Below, piece by piece: positions 36,646 to 46,928 of a DNA stretch of 64,000 nt. The stretch spans positions 2,650 to 66,649 of the forward strand of contig CAYLTE010000001.1 in NCBI GenBank assembly GCA_964386195.1. The letters run 5' to 3'. This stretch comes from an uncultured Burkholderiales bacterium. GTDB lineage: Bacteria; Pseudomonadota; Gammaproteobacteria; Burkholderiales; SHXO01. The notes under the pieces are model-generated. The model saw only the letters and a program-made list of their open reading frames with translations, did not search any database and had not been told where the DNA came from. The translations under genes and the position numbers were made by a program. Numbering within the stretch: the first letter of the stretch is position 1; each line of letters begins with the position of its first letter.

Positions 36646-37242
36646 ATGAAAAGTCAAATCACTGCCGCCGTGGCCGCCTTGCGGCCCACGCAGATGACCG
36701 TTCCCCTGTCTCGGGTCGAACACCGGCGCAGACAGTTGCGCGCCGCGCGCGACTGGCAGCTGCGCGACTTTCTCACCTGGCACGTGATGCCCGCCGTGCT
36801 CGGCCCCGACCTGGCCGTCTACCTGATCGGCGACCACCACATCGCGCGCGCCCTCGCCGACGAACACGTGGAAACCTGCTTCGTCACCCTCGAGCGCGAC
36901 ATGTCGCGGGTCGCCCGCACGGCTTTCTGGGTGAGTATGGAGCGCTCGGGATGGGTGTTCCCGGTGGACGAGCACGGGCGCAGGCGCTCCTTCGCCAACA
37001 TCCCGCGCACCTTGTCCGAACTGAAAGACGACCCCTATCGAAGCCTGGTCGGCGACATGCGCGACTATGGGGGCATCGAGCAGAGCATCGACGTGGCCGC
37101 GGAGTTTGCGTGGGCAGGTTTCCTACGGGGGCAGATTCCGGTCGCGCTGGTGACCAGCGACTACGCGCAGGCGCGCAATCTCGCGCTGGTGCACGTTCGC
37201 TCGCCGGCCGCCAGCCGCCTTCCGGGTTTCCGCGCCGCCTAA
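36646..37242 (+). CDS. ParB/sulfiredoxin-fold protein (ParBc_2-like putative nuclease)
   Basis: 198 aa. LRPTQMTV motif near the N-terminus and IGDHHIARAL. No HTH or partition partner nearby. Confidence 0.7.
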   Translation: MKSQITAAVAALRPTQMTVPLSRVEHRRRQLRAARDWQLRDFLTWHVMPAVLGPDLAVYLIGDHHIARALADEHVETCFVTLERDMSRVARTAFWVSMERSGWVFPVDEHGRRRSFANIPRTLSELKDDPYRSLVGDMRDYGGIEQSIDVAAEFAWAGFLRGQIPVALVTSDYAQARNLALVHVRSPAASRLPGFRAA

Positions 37243-37290
37243 ACGGCAGGACGGTAAGGGACGGTTCGCCACGGCGTCCCTGCGTCGCGC

Positions 37291-38031
37291 TCAGCTGGTC
37301 GCGGCCGCCTGGAGCGCCGGCGCTTCACTCGACCTCGGTGCAGCACCACCGATCGCGCGATATACCACCGCTCCGATCACGGCCCCCACGATCGGCGCAA
37401 CCCAGAACATCCACAGTTGCGCGAGCGCCCATCCCCCTACGAAGACGGCAGGACCGGTGCTGCGTGCAGGATTGACCGAGGTGTTCGTCACCGGGATGGT
37501 GATGAGGTGGATCAAGGTGAGCGCGAGGCCGATGGCAACGGGGGCCAGCGCTTTGGGCGCACGCTCGTCCGTGGCGCCCAGAATGACGACCAGGAACATG
37601 CCCGTCATCACCACCTCGGCGACGAGACCGGAGAGCAACGAGTATTGGCCCGGCGAGTGCTGCCCGTAGCCGTTGGAGGCCAGCCCGCTGCCCAGTTCGA
37701 AACCCGCCTGTCCGCTCGCAATCAGGTAGAGCACCCCGGCACCAGCCACGGCACCCAGGACTTGCGCCAGCACGTAGCCGGGAAGGTCGGCCGTCCGGAA
37801 GCGTCCAGCCACGGCAAGACCGATCGACACGGCCGGATTGAGATGACATCCCGACACGTGTCCGATGGCGAATGCCATGGTCAATACCGTCAGGCCGAAG
37901 GCGAGGGAGACGCCGAGCAGGCCGATGCCCACGTCGGGTACACCCGCGGCCAACACCGCGCTTCCGCAACCACCCAATACGAGCCAGAAGGTGCCGACGA
38001 ACTCGGCACCGCATCGCGTCCACATCGACAT
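37291..38031 (-). CDS. aqpZ: aquaporin Z
   Basis: 246 aa. [20 protein letters not shown] and two NPA boxes (HLNPAVS, VNPARS). Near-collinear with E. coli AqpZ as I recall it. Confidence 0.95.
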   Translation of the reverse strand: MSMWTRCGAEFVGTFWLVLGGCGSAVLAAGVPDVGIGLLGVSLAFGLTVLTMAFAIGHVSGCHLNPAVSIGLAVAGRFRTADLPGYVLAQVLGAVAGAGVLYLIASGQAGFELGSGLASNGYGQHSPGQYSLLSGLVAEVVMTGMFLVVILGATDERAPKALAPVAIGLALTLIHLITIPVTNTSVNPARSTGPAVFVGGWALAQLWMFWVAPIVGAVIGAVVYRAIGGAAPRSSEAPALQAAATS

Positions 38032-38167
38032 GACAGCCTCCGCACCTGGAATGACATCCCGAAACGGCAGGGAATCGCAGCGGATGCCGCGACGTGCGGA
38101 TTCTAATGTCTGCGTCCTATACCGTCATGCTCGCGTGAAAACGCAGCTGCCCTTCCCGGCGTGAGCG

Positions 38168-39478
38168 TCAGGCGTCCGCTGCCAGTCGGATCCCGCTGAA
38201 CTGCCAGCGCGCGTGCGGAGGAAAGAAATTGCGGTAGGTGGCTCGCACGTGGGAGGCGGGCGTGGCGCACGAGCCGCCGCGGAGGACGAACTGATTGACC
38301 ATGAACTTGCCGTTGTACTCTCCCACCGCCCCGGGCGCGGGCCGATAACCGGGATAGGGCCGGTAGGCGCTTGCAGTCCACTCCCACACGTCGCCGAAGC
38401 ACTGTGCCGGCCGATCGCTTCGCTCCGCGCCCGGCAGCGGATCGAACACTTCCGATTCGGCGAAGTTGCCCTCCACGGGCCCCTGCGCAGCGACGCACTC
38501 CCACTCGGCCTCGGTCGGCAGGCGCGCGCCGCGCCAGCGGGCGAACGCGTCTGCCTCGTACCAGCTCACGTGACTCACCGGCGCGTGCGGCACGACCTCG
38601 GCCATGCCCCGGAGAGTGAAGCGCTGCCATCCACCCTCATCGCGCTCCCAGTACAGCGGCGCCTCCCAGCCCTCGCTGATGCGCCTGTCCCAGCCGTCCG
38701 ACATCCACAGCTCAGGGCGGTCGTAGCCGCCGTCCTGCATGAAGGCGAGGTACTCGGCATTGGTCACGGGCCGCGACGCGATGCGAAAAGGCTGGAGGTA
38801 CACGCGATGCGCGGGCGTCTCATTGTCGAAGCGAAAACCCGGCTCGGCGCGCCCGATCGAGCATAGCCCGCCCGGATACGCCTGCCAGCGCATCGGCGGC
38901 ACGGTCCGGCCCGGCGCGGCCACCGACTGCACGGCCATGGGCGGGGCGTACGCCGGGCGCAGCGGGTTGCGCGAAAACAGGTGCTTGAGATCGGTGAGAA
39001 CGAGTTCCTGGTGCTGCTGCTCGTGATGGATCCCGAGTTCCAGAAGATCCATCTCGTCCTCGGAAAGCGTGCGCTCGATCCAGCGGCCCAGCGCCGCGTC
39101 CACGTGCGCCCGGTACGCCAGCACCTGAGCGAAGTCCGGGCGCGATACCAGACCGCGCTCGGGCCGTGCATGTCGCGGTCCAATCTGGACGTAGTAGGAA
39201 TTGAAGAGCATGCGGAACGCCGGATCGAAGCAGCGGTATTCCGGCAATCCTTCGCTCAACAGGAAGGTCTCGAAGAACCAGGTGGTGTGCGCGAGGTGCC
39301 ACTTGACCGGACTTGCGTCGGGCATCGACTGGAGCGCGCAGTCCTCCGCTGAAAGCGGCTTCGACAGCGCTTGCGTGCGCGCCCTCACCGATCGAAGTTG
39401 CTGCCGCAGGCGGGATTCGCGCGCGACCTCCTCGCTGATGAGCTCCTCATCCAAGCGTCGTGCACCGGTGCGTTGCAT
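38168..39478 (-). CDS. egtB: ergothioneine biosynthesis sulfoxide synthase EgtB (DinB-like + FGE-sulfatase domains)
   Basis: Internal ATG gives MQRTGARRLD.... Contains WHLAHTTWFFE, HHEQQHQEL (iron ligands). C-terminal GDVWEWTASAY...RGGSCATP. Confidence 0.9.
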   Translation of the reverse strand: MQRTGARRLDEELISEEVARESRLRQQLRSVRARTQALSKPLSAEDCALQSMPDASPVKWHLAHTTWFFETFLLSEGLPEYRCFDPAFRMLFNSYYVQIGPRHARPERGLVSRPDFAQVLAYRAHVDAALGRWIERTLSEDEMDLLELGIHHEQQHQELVLTDLKHLFSRNPLRPAYAPPMAVQSVAAPGRTVPPMRWQAYPGGLCSIGRAEPGFRFDNETPAHRVYLQPFRIASRPVTNAEYLAFMQDGGYDRPELWMSDGWDRRISEGWEAPLYWERDEGGWQRFTLRGMAEVVPHAPVSHVSWYEADAFARWRGARLPTEAEWECVAAQGPVEGNFAESEVFDPLPGAERSDRPAQCFGDVWEWTASAYRPYPGYRPAPGAVGEYNGKFMVNQFVLRGGSCATPASHVRATYRNFFPPHARWQFSGIRLAADA

Positions 39479-39494
39479 CGTTCGGTCCTTCGCC

Positions 39495-39971
39495 TCAGTG
39501 GCGCCGCGGCGACGGAATGTCCTCGTCGCCTGACTCGTCGTCTTGCGCGCGCGGCGACGCAACGCCATCGTCGTCATCGTCGTCGGGCGCTTCTGAATCG
39601 ATTGTATCAATGCCGGATGACTCGACCGAAATGTCGCCCTCCGTGGAAGTCGATTGCTCGATGCGGTCCGGACTGCGGTCTGCGTCGAATCCGGGAGCAT
39701 CGCGGCCGGCGGCACCCCGCTCGCCGGTCCCTGCACTGTCGCTGTCGCTGTCCAGGTCCGTATCGCCCAGATCGCGGCCGGCGCCTGCCCCGCGCACGAC
39801 ATCGCCGCTCGTGCCGGTGTCCAGCGGAAGACCCTCCGCATCGGTCAGACCCGGTCCGCCGACCACGTCGCTGCCGGTATCCGAGCTGTCGCTTGGACCG
39901 AGTTCTCTTGTCGAATGCCCCTTGACTGCGCCTGGCCTGCTCTCCCCGGTCCTGTTCAACGTGCTGCCCAT
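39495..39971 (-). CDS. highly acidic, low-complexity (predicted disordered) protein
   Basis: 158 aa. GGAG RBS 7 nt upstream of the ATG, stop 16 nt before the egtB start. About 39 Asp/Glu versus about 13 Lys/Arg by my count, with a DDDDDD run. Confidence 0.55.
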   Translation of the reverse strand: MGSTLNRTGESRPGAVKGHSTRELGPSDSSDTGSDVVGGPGLTDAEGLPLDTGTSGDVVRGAGAGRDLGDTDLDSDSDSAGTGERGAAGRDAPGFDADRSPDRIEQSTSTEGDISVESSGIDTIDSEAPDDDDDDGVASPRAQDDESGDEDIPSPRRH

Positions 39972-40083
39972 GGCGAATCTCCATCGTGCGATCGGCTAGT
40001 GCAGCAATCGAGGTGCCGTCGCACGCATCCGGTCCCGGGGAACTCGCGCGGTGTACACTCGCCGGACGAACCTTCACACCGCC

Positions 40084-41160
40084 ATGATCGTCATCCGACG
40101 CGACTACACCCCGCCATCCGACGCCCCTGCGCTGCCGGAAGAGCTCGGCTTCGGCCGCATATTCACCGATGCGATGTTCATGCAGGACTACGCCGCCGAG
40201 ACCGGCTGGCACGACCGCCGCATCGTGCCCTACGCACCGTTGCCGCTCGACCCGGCGGCGCAGGCGTTCCATTCCGGGCAGATGGTCTTCGACGGCACCA
40301 AGGCGTACCGACGGCCCGATGGGCGCATCAATCTGTTCCGCGTCGAGCGCAATGCCGAGCGCTTCAACCGGTCGGCGCTGCGTCTGGGCATGCCGGAGGT
40401 CGCGGTCGAGGACCACGTCGCCGCGATAGAGGCGCTGGTGCGCGCGCAGGCGTGCTGGGTGCCATCGCGCGACGACGCGGCGTTGTACATCCGTCCCGTC
40501 ATGATCGGCGTGGAACCGACGCTGCAGGTGCGCGCGGCGCGCGCCTTCCTGCACTACATCGTGCTCAGCCCCGTCGGTGCGCTCTACGGCAAGGCGTTCG
40601 AGCCGGTGTCGGTGTACGTCTCTCACGAGCACGTGCGTGCGGTGCGCGGCGGCACGGGCGAGGCGAAGACGCCGGGCAACTACTCCGGCAGCCTGTACGC
40701 GAGCGAACAGGCCCGCGCGCGCGGTCACCAGCAGGTTCTATGGCTGGATGCGGTCGAGCGCCGCTACGTCGACGAAGTCGGTGCGATGAACATCGCCTTC
40801 GTATATGAAGGAAGGCACGTCCGCACTCCGCCCCTGTCGGGCAGCATTCTGCCCGGGATCACGCGCGACTCACTGCTACGGCTTGCGCCCGATCTGGGGT
40901 TCAGCGTCGAAGAGACACGCCTGGACATCGACGAGGTGCTGGAGGCCATCGCGGCGGGAACGATCACCGAAGCGTTCGGCATGGGCACCGGCGCGCTGAT
41001 CTCTCCGGTGGGTCGCCTCGTCTATCGCGACCGGGAGGCCGTGATCAACCGGTTCGAACCGGGCCCTGTGGCCCGGCGTCTGTTCGACGCACTCACCGCC
41101 ATCCAGTACGGACGCACTCACGATCCCTACGGATGGACACGCATCGTCGAGCCGTCCTGA
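40084..41160 (+). CDS. ilvE: branched-chain amino acid aminotransferase
   Basis: FGRIFTDAMF..., YHSGQMVFDGTKAY, GTGEAKTPGNY, GITRDS. ATG at 40084 preferred over GTG at 40051. Confidence 0.9.
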   Translation: MIVIRRDYTPPSDAPALPEELGFGRIFTDAMFMQDYAAETGWHDRRIVPYAPLPLDPAAQAFHSGQMVFDGTKAYRRPDGRINLFRVERNAERFNRSALRLGMPEVAVEDHVAAIEALVRAQACWVPSRDDAALYIRPVMIGVEPTLQVRAARAFLHYIVLSPVGALYGKAFEPVSVYVSHEHVRAVRGGTGEAKTPGNYSGSLYASEQARARGHQQVLWLDAVERRYVDEVGAMNIAFVYEGRHVRTPPLSGSILPGITRDSLLRLAPDLGFSVEETRLDIDEVLEAIAAGTITEAFGMGTGALISPVGRLVYRDREAVINRFEPGPVARRLFDALTAIQYGRTHDPYGWTRIVEPS

Positions 41161-41322
41161 CGCCCTGCTGTACCGGAAATCCACGAGCGGCCGGCACATC
41201 GGTTGCCGCAGCCCGGCTTCCCTCAGTTCGAGCGAGGAGGCTGGCATGCGCAGGGACATTCTGAACTGCACCGGGAATACGAGTTCGAGTCGAGACCACT
41301 TGCGAGACATGCAGCCGGCAGC

Positions 41323-42375
41323 GTGATCTCGCTCTTCAGACTCGGCGCTGCCGCCGTGATCGCCGGCACCGCCCTGCCGCTGCTGCGCGTCGATGACTGG
41401 TGGGTGCGTGCGCTCGATTTCCCGCGTGCGCACCTGGCCGCTGTCGGCGCGATCCTGCTTGTGCGAGGACCGAGGAGACCGCGCACATTTGCCGACGAGT
41501 TGCTCGGCTGGGGACTGGGTGCCGCAGTCGCCTACCAACTGCATCGCATCCGGCCCTACACCTGCCTGCACGCCAAGGAGGTGGTGCCGGCACCGGGGAC
41601 GGCGCGCGGCGAACCCACCTGGTCCATCCTGGTGGCCAACGTGCGCAGGAGCAACCGTCGCGCAGCAGGACTTCTACGCAGCGTGCGTACGCGGCGTCCC
41701 GACCTCGTCCTGATCCTGGAAGCGGACAGCTGGTGGGAAGGCCGCCTGGCCGGGCTGGAGGAAGACTACCCTTACGTCATCAGACAACCTCAGGACAATA
41801 CCTACGGCATGCTGGCCTTCTCGCGCCTGGAACTCATCTCACCCCGCGTCGAGTTCCTGGTGCAGCCCGACGTACCGTCGATGCATGCGACCGTGCGCCT
41901 GCCTTCCGGACAGTCGTGCGCGCTGCACCTGCTGCATCCGCGCCCGCCCAGCCCATGGGGGAAGGACACGACGACCGACCGGGACGCCGAGCTAGTGCTG
42001 GTGGGGAGGCGCGTACGCGACCAAGACCTGCCAACCGTGGTGGCAGGCGATCTGAACGACGTGGCCTGGTCGACCACCACGACCCTGTTTCAGCGGGTGT
42101 CCCGCCTGCTCGACCCGAGAAAGGGGCGCGGGCTGTACAACACCTACAACGCACGCATCCCGTTCCTGCGCTTCCCGGTCGATCACGTCTTTCACTCCGA
42201 GCACTTCGCGCTCGAGCGGCTCGAGCGGCTGCCGGCATTCGGCTCCGATCACTTTCCGATTCTTGTCCGCCTGAGGTTGTGCCACGCCGCACGCACGCGG
42301 CAGTCGCCACCCGAGCTCGACCGCGCGGCACGCGAGCAGGCGCAGGCGCAACTCGAGCGAGCCTCGAGACGATAG
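41323..42375 (+). CDS. endonuclease/exonuclease/phosphatase (EEP) family protein with N-terminal TM region
   Basis: C-terminal GDLNDVAWS...GSDHFPI motifs. The start is uncertain: GTG at 41323 gives a TM-first protein, while the track ORF starts at TTG 41203. Confidence 0.75.
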   Translation: MISLFRLGAAAVIAGTALPLLRVDDWWVRALDFPRAHLAAVGAILLVRGPRRPRTFADELLGWGLGAAVAYQLHRIRPYTCLHAKEVVPAPGTARGEPTWSILVANVRRSNRRAAGLLRSVRTRRPDLVLILEADSWWEGRLAGLEEDYPYVIRQPQDNTYGMLAFSRLELISPRVEFLVQPDVPSMHATVRLPSGQSCALHLLHPRPPSPWGKDTTTDRDAELVLVGRRVRDQDLPTVVAGDLNDVAWSTTTTLFQRVSRLLDPRKGRGLYNTYNARIPFLRFPVDHVFHSEHFALERLERLPAFGSDHFPILVRLRLCHAARTRQSPPELDRAAREQAQAQLERASRR

Positions 42376-42427
42376 ACGCGCCGAATCGCGCCCCCACGCA
42401 GCGCCGCACCGCCTCATCCGGACGAGG

Positions 42428-42955
42428 TCAGCCGGACGGGGGCTTGGTCCCGCCTGGGTGTGCGTCCTCCCGCTCCTCGCCCTTGCAGTCCTGCGGACTG
42501 CGCGCGGCGAGCCAGCGCTCCAGCGGGACCACAGCGCGCAGGACGACGAGGGCAAGGATCGTGACGCCGACTGCCGTGACCCACTGCCGCAGCGCCACTG
42601 CCACGCCGAGCCCGGCGCACAGGAGCAGGGTCGCGGCAGTCGTGAGTCCTTCGACATACTCGGTTCGCTGGCTGCGGAAGATGGTGCCTGCGCCGAGAAA
42701 GCTCACCCCTGCGACGACGGCCTGGATGATCCGCACGGGATCGATGCTGAAGCCTTCCCGCAGGTGCGCGTTCTCGGCGAGACTCTGTCCCATCCCGACC
42801 AGCAGCGCGGCCGATGCAGCCACCAGCATGTGCGTGCGGATTCCTGCGGGGCGCCGGCACAGTTCGCGGTCCATGCCGACCAGGCCGCCTAGCACTGCGG
42901 CGCCGAGAACTTCGACGATGATGTACAGCTGGGAGATGTAGGTGTCGCCGCCCAT
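42428..42955 (-). CDS. MgtC/SapB family membrane protein
   Basis: 175 aa. GLVGMDRE...AGIRTHMLV...QAVVAGVSFLGAGTI. Confidence 0.85.
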   Translation of the reverse strand: MGGDTYISQLYIIVEVLGAAVLGGLVGMDRELCRRPAGIRTHMLVAASAALLVGMGQSLAENAHLREGFSIDPVRIIQAVVAGVSFLGAGTIFRSQRTEYVEGLTTAATLLLCAGLGVAVALRQWVTAVGVTILALVVLRAVVPLERWLAARSPQDCKGEEREDAHPGGTKPPSG

Positions 42956-43187
42956 GATGAGTCCGGCGCAGCAAGCCGAATGCCCCGCGCGAAGCGACTC
43001 GCGCGCTTGGGGCCATGACTTGCAGACGTTGTCCGAGCCGCAAGCCCTGGGAAGCGCCCGCGCGACGGATAGGATGTCATCTTGGGCAGCGGTTCAGCGT
43101 GCAACCGATGCGATGACCGGAGACTTCGCCCTCGGAACATCGCGTCGCATCGCGCCCCCGCTATCACGCAGCATCCGGAGATTGACG

Positions 43188-43781
43188 ATGCATCCTCTCG
43201 TTCTCGCTGTCGTGTTCACCCTGGCAACATCCGCCGGGACCGTCCGATCCGCAGAAACGGCAACCTTTGCAGCCGGCTGCTTCTGGTGCGTGGAGGAGGC
43301 GTTCGAGAAGGTACCGGGCGTGCTCGACGTCACCTCGGGCTATACAGGCGGCAGCAAGCCGAATCCCACCTACGAGGAGGTCTCCTCCGGCGCGACAGGG
43401 CACACCGAGGCCGTCCAGGTGACGTACGATCCGTCGAAGGTGAGCTACGAGGCGCTGTTGCGCACGTTCTGGCTCAACCACGACCCGACGGTGAAGGACC
43501 GTCAGTTCTGCGATGCCGGCTCCCAGTATCGCCCGTCGATCTTCTATCACTCCTCGGAGCAGAAGCAGTTGGCGGACGCTTCGCGCATGTTCTGGGAACG
43601 GCACAAGCCGTTCGAGGAGCCGATCGTCACCCCGATCGTAGCCGCCACGCAGTTCTGGCCGGCGGAGGCCTATCACCAGGACTACTACAAGAAGAACGCG
43701 TTGCGCTACCGGTTCTACACGGCCGGGTGCGGACGCTATCGCCGGCTCGATCAGCTGTGGGGAGACCTGCGCAAGGATTGA
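43188..43781 (+). CDS. msrA: peptide-methionine (S)-S-oxide reductase MsrA with N-terminal signal-like peptide
   Basis: MHPLVLAVVFTLATSAGTVRSAETATFAAGCFWCVE...GHTEAVQVTYDP...YHQDYY. Confidence 0.92.
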   Translation: MHPLVLAVVFTLATSAGTVRSAETATFAAGCFWCVEEAFEKVPGVLDVTSGYTGGSKPNPTYEEVSSGATGHTEAVQVTYDPSKVSYEALLRTFWLNHDPTVKDRQFCDAGSQYRPSIFYHSSEQKQLADASRMFWERHKPFEEPIVTPIVAATQFWPAEAYHQDYYKKNALRYRFYTAGCGRYRRLDQLWGDLRKD

Positions 43782-43800
43782 GCGGCACGACTCGCCGCAC

Positions 43801-44415
43801 CTACGCGCCGGGCGGGTCCGACTCGTCCTGCAGGGCGCGCACGCGCTCGACCAGCGCGCGCAGGGCCTGCCCCCGATGGCTGACCCGGCGCTTCTCCTCC
43901 AATGGCAGCTCGGCGCCGGTGAGTCCGAGATCTGGATCGAGGAACAAGGGGTCGTAGCCGAACCCGCCACCGCCGCGCGGTGCGCGCAGGATCTCGCCGT
44001 GCCAGGTGCCCTCTGCGATCAGGGGCTGCGAATCGTGCTCGTGCCGCAGCAGCACCAGCACGCAGTAGTAGTGGGCGCGCCGGTCGTCGAGATGGGCCAT
44101 CGTCTCGAGCAGGCGATCGTTGTTGCGCGCGTCCGAGCGCGGTTCGCCGCCGAAGCGCGCGGAATGCACGCCCGGCGCACCGTGCAATGCGTGAACGCAG
44201 ATGCCGGAATCGTCTGCGAGCGCCGGCAGCCCGGTGTGCCGCGCGGCGTGACGCGCCTTGGCGAGCGCATTCTCCACGAAGGTGGGGTGCGGTTCCTCGG
44301 CCTCGCTCACGCCGTAGTGGTCCTGCGGCACCACCTCGATGCCGAGTCCCTCGAACAGCGTCCGCAGTTCGCGGATCTTGCCTGCGTTGCCGCTGGCGAG
44401 CACCACCGTCTTCAC
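43801..44415 (-). CDS. rdgB: dITP/XTP pyrophosphatase RdgB
   Basis: 204 aa, GTG start. VLASGNAGKIRE...DDSGICV...GGFGYDPLF. Confidence 0.92.
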   Translation of the reverse strand: MKTVVLASGNAGKIRELRTLFEGLGIEVVPQDHYGVSEAEEPHPTFVENALAKARHAARHTGLPALADDSGICVHALHGAPGVHSARFGGEPRSDARNNDRLLETMAHLDDRRAHYYCVLVLLRHEHDSQPLIAEGTWHGEILRAPRGGGGFGYDPLFLDPDLGLTGAELPLEEKRRVSHRGQALRALVERVRALQDESDPPGA

Positions 44416-44428
44416 CGGGCCGCGATCC

Positions 44429-45157
44429 CTACTGCGCCGGTGGCAGCCCGAGCGCGTCGCGCTGCGCGCGCACCAGTTGGCGGATGCCCGCCGCGGCGAG
44501 GTCCACCATCGCGTCGAGTTGCTCCCGCACGAACGGTTCGCCCTCGGCCGTGCCCTGCAGTTCGACGATGCCGCCGCGACCGGTCATGACGACATTCATG
44601 TCCGTGTCGCAATCGGAGTCCTCCGCGTAGTCGAGGTCGAGCACGGGTGCTCCACGATAGACGCCTACCGATACGGCGGCGACGTGATCTCGCAGCGGAT
44701 CCCCCTCGATCAGGCGCGCCGCGCGCAGCCTCGACACGGCGTCGTGGACCGCGACGAAAGCGCCGGTGATGCTGGCCGTGCGTGTTCCTCCGTCGGCCTG
44801 GAGCACGTCGCAGTCGATCTGGATGGTGCGCTCGCCCAGCAGCGCCAAGTCGGTCACCGCCCGCAGACTGCGACCGATCAGGCGCTGGATCTCGGGGGTG
44901 GGGCGGCCCTGGGGTCCGCCCGCCGCCTCGCGCTGCATCCGGGTGTTCGTCGAGCGCGGCAGCATGCCGTACTCGGCGGTCAGCCAGCCGCGGCCGCTGC
45001 CCTTGACGAACGGTGGCACGCGCTCCTCGACGCTCGCGGTGCACAGCACGCGCGTGTCGCCGAACTCGACCAGCACGGACCCCTCCGCGTGGCGGGTGAA
45101 TCCACGGGTGATGCGCACCTGGCGCAGTTCGTCTACGGCACGGCCGCTGGGTCGCAT
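44429..45157 (-). CDS. rph: ribonuclease PH
   Basis: 242 aa. [12 protein letters not shown]...[12 protein letters not shown]...[15 protein letters not shown]. Confidence 0.95.
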   Translation of the reverse strand: MRPSGRAVDELRQVRITRGFTRHAEGSVLVEFGDTRVLCTASVEERVPPFVKGSGRGWLTAEYGMLPRSTNTRMQREAAGGPQGRPTPEIQRLIGRSLRAVTDLALLGERTIQIDCDVLQADGGTRTASITGAFVAVHDAVSRLRAARLIEGDPLRDHVAAVSVGVYRGAPVLDLDYAEDSDCDTDMNVVMTGRGGIVELQGTAEGEPFVREQLDAMVDLAAAGIRQLVRAQRDALGLPPAQ

Positions 45158-45318
45158 GACGAGAGCCTTCTGGAAGTTGAATGGCCTCAGCGCGAAACGG
45201 CGGAGGCCAGGATTGGAACGCCGGATTGTGTGCTATCTTCCGGCGACAACTACATTGTGGTGGCGCCTTGGCGCGAAGTCAAAACCACGGCGCCCCCGCA
45301 ACACGCCGGAGCACTCCC

Positions 45319-46185
45319 TTGATCTACAGCATGACCGGATTCGCCGCGCTGGTCCAGGACCTGCCGGCGGGAACGCTCAGCGCGGAGATCAGGTCGGTCA
45401 ACCACCGTTACCTCGACCTCGCCTTCCGTCTTCCCGACGACCTGCGCGCATTCGAACCCGCGTTGCGCGAGTTGTTCAGCGCGCGGCTCACGCGCGGCAA
45501 GGTCGAGTGCCGCATCGGCTTCCAGAAGAGCGCGAACGGTGCGCTCGCACCCGAACTCAATACCGCACTCCTGCACCAGCTCTCGGCGCTCGACCTGCAG
45601 GTTCGCGAGCTGCTTCCCGGCGCGGCACCCTTGTCGGTGAACGACGTGCTGCGCTGGCCCGGCATGCTCGCCACCGACACGCTGTCCCAGGACGAGCTGC
45701 GCGAGCAGACGCTTGCACTGGTGGCACGGGTCCTGGAGGAGTTCGGCGCCTCTCGGGCGCGCGAGGGGGACAAGCTTCGCGACGTGCTGCTCGAGCGTGT
45801 CGCGCGGATGGAGGAACTGGCGGCGCGCGTTCGACCCAAGATTCCGCTGCTGGTGCAGGCCTATCGCGAGCGTCTGGCCGCAAGGCTGCGCGACGCGGCG
45901 GCGGAGTTGGACGAGGATCGCGTGCGCCAGGAACTGGTCCTGTTTTCGGCCAAGGTGGACGTCGAGGAAGAGCTGTCGCGCCTGGCCACCCACCTCGCGG
46001 AGATCCGACGGGTCCTCGAGCAGGGCGGTGCGGTCGGTAAGCGGCTCGATTTCCTCATGCAGGAGCTCAATCGCGAATCCAACACGCTCGCGTCGAAGTC
46101 GGTGGACATCGACGTGTCGCAGTCGGCGGTCGAACTGAAGGTCCTGATCGAGCAGATGCGCGAGCAGGTGCAGAACATCGAATGA
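45319..46185 (+). CDS. yicC: YicC family stress-induced protein
   Basis: The TTG at 45319 gives MIYSMTGFA, matching the usual MIxSMTGF N-terminus. Alternative ATG at 45331. Contains SVNHRYLD and a C-terminal QELNRESNTL. Confidence 0.9.
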   Translation: MIYSMTGFAALVQDLPAGTLSAEIRSVNHRYLDLAFRLPDDLRAFEPALRELFSARLTRGKVECRIGFQKSANGALAPELNTALLHQLSALDLQVRELLPGAAPLSVNDVLRWPGMLATDTLSQDELREQTLALVARVLEEFGASRAREGDKLRDVLLERVARMEELAARVRPKIPLLVQAYRERLAARLRDAAAELDEDRVRQELVLFSAKVDVEEELSRLATHLAEIRRVLEQGGAVGKRLDFLMQELNRESNTLASKSVDIDVSQSAVELKVLIEQMREQVQNIE

Positions 46186-46312
46186 CGGGCAGCCCTCGCG
46201 AGCCCCGCCGCGATCAAGTCCAGCCGCGCCGGGCCGAAATTGCCTTACGGGGCGACCCGCACAGGCCGGTGGCGGCCGGTGCAGGCGGTGCGCCAGAGCC
46301 GGATCGGGAGCC

Positions 46313-46921
46313 GTGACCGGGAATCTCTTCATCATCTGCGCGCCGTCGGGTGCGGGCAAGACCAGCCTGGTCAACGCCCTTCTCGAGCGCGAGCCAGACC
46401 TCGAACTGTCCGTGTCCTATACCACCCGGTCCCCGAGGTCGGGTGAACTGGACGGGCGCGAATACCATTTCGTTTCGCGCGCGACGTTCGTGCACATGGC
46501 TGGACAGGGCGACTTCCTGGAAAGCGCCGAGGTGCACGGCAATCTGTACGGCACTTCGCAGGCCTGGATCGAATCGCGCACCCGCGAGGGGCGCGACATC
46601 CTTCTCGAGATCGACTGGCAGGGCGCACAGCAGGTGCGCCGCCTGGTGCCCGGCGCCGTGACCGTGTTCATCCTTCCCCCGTCGCTGGAGGTTCTGCGCA
46701 AGCGGCTCACCTCCCGCGGCCAGGACACGAGCGAGGTGATCGAGAGCCGGCTGGCCAATGCGCGCGAGGAGATCGCCCATGTGGAGGAGTTCGACTATGT
46801 TATTATCAATCAGAACTTTGACGTGGCCGTGGTCGATCTCGTCAGCATCGTCCGCGCCACTCGCCTCCAGGTGACGGCCCAGCTCACGCGCCATCGTGAT
46901 CTGATCAATGCAATGAAGTGA
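46313..46921 (+). CDS. gmk: guanylate kinase
   Basis: GTG start. [11 protein letters not shown]-loop, [17 protein letters not shown]. Confidence 0.95.
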   Translation: MTGNLFIICAPSGAGKTSLVNALLEREPDLELSVSYTTRSPRSGELDGREYHFVSRATFVHMAGQGDFLESAEVHGNLYGTSQAWIESRTREGRDILLEIDWQGAQQVRRLVPGAVTVFILPPSLEVLRKRLTSRGQDTSEVIESRLANAREEIAHVEEFDYVIINQNFDVAVVDLVSIVRATRLQVTAQLTRHRDLINAMK

Positions 46922-46928
46922 GGTGGCC

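Noticed and set aside
39460-39999. 179 aa Ser/Pro-rich plus-strand ORF
   Set aside because: It is antisense to the acidic ORF and has no RBS. The minus-strand reading has a GGAG RBS and is positioned as an egtB-coupled gene. Both are low complexity, so even the minus ORF is only moderate confidence.
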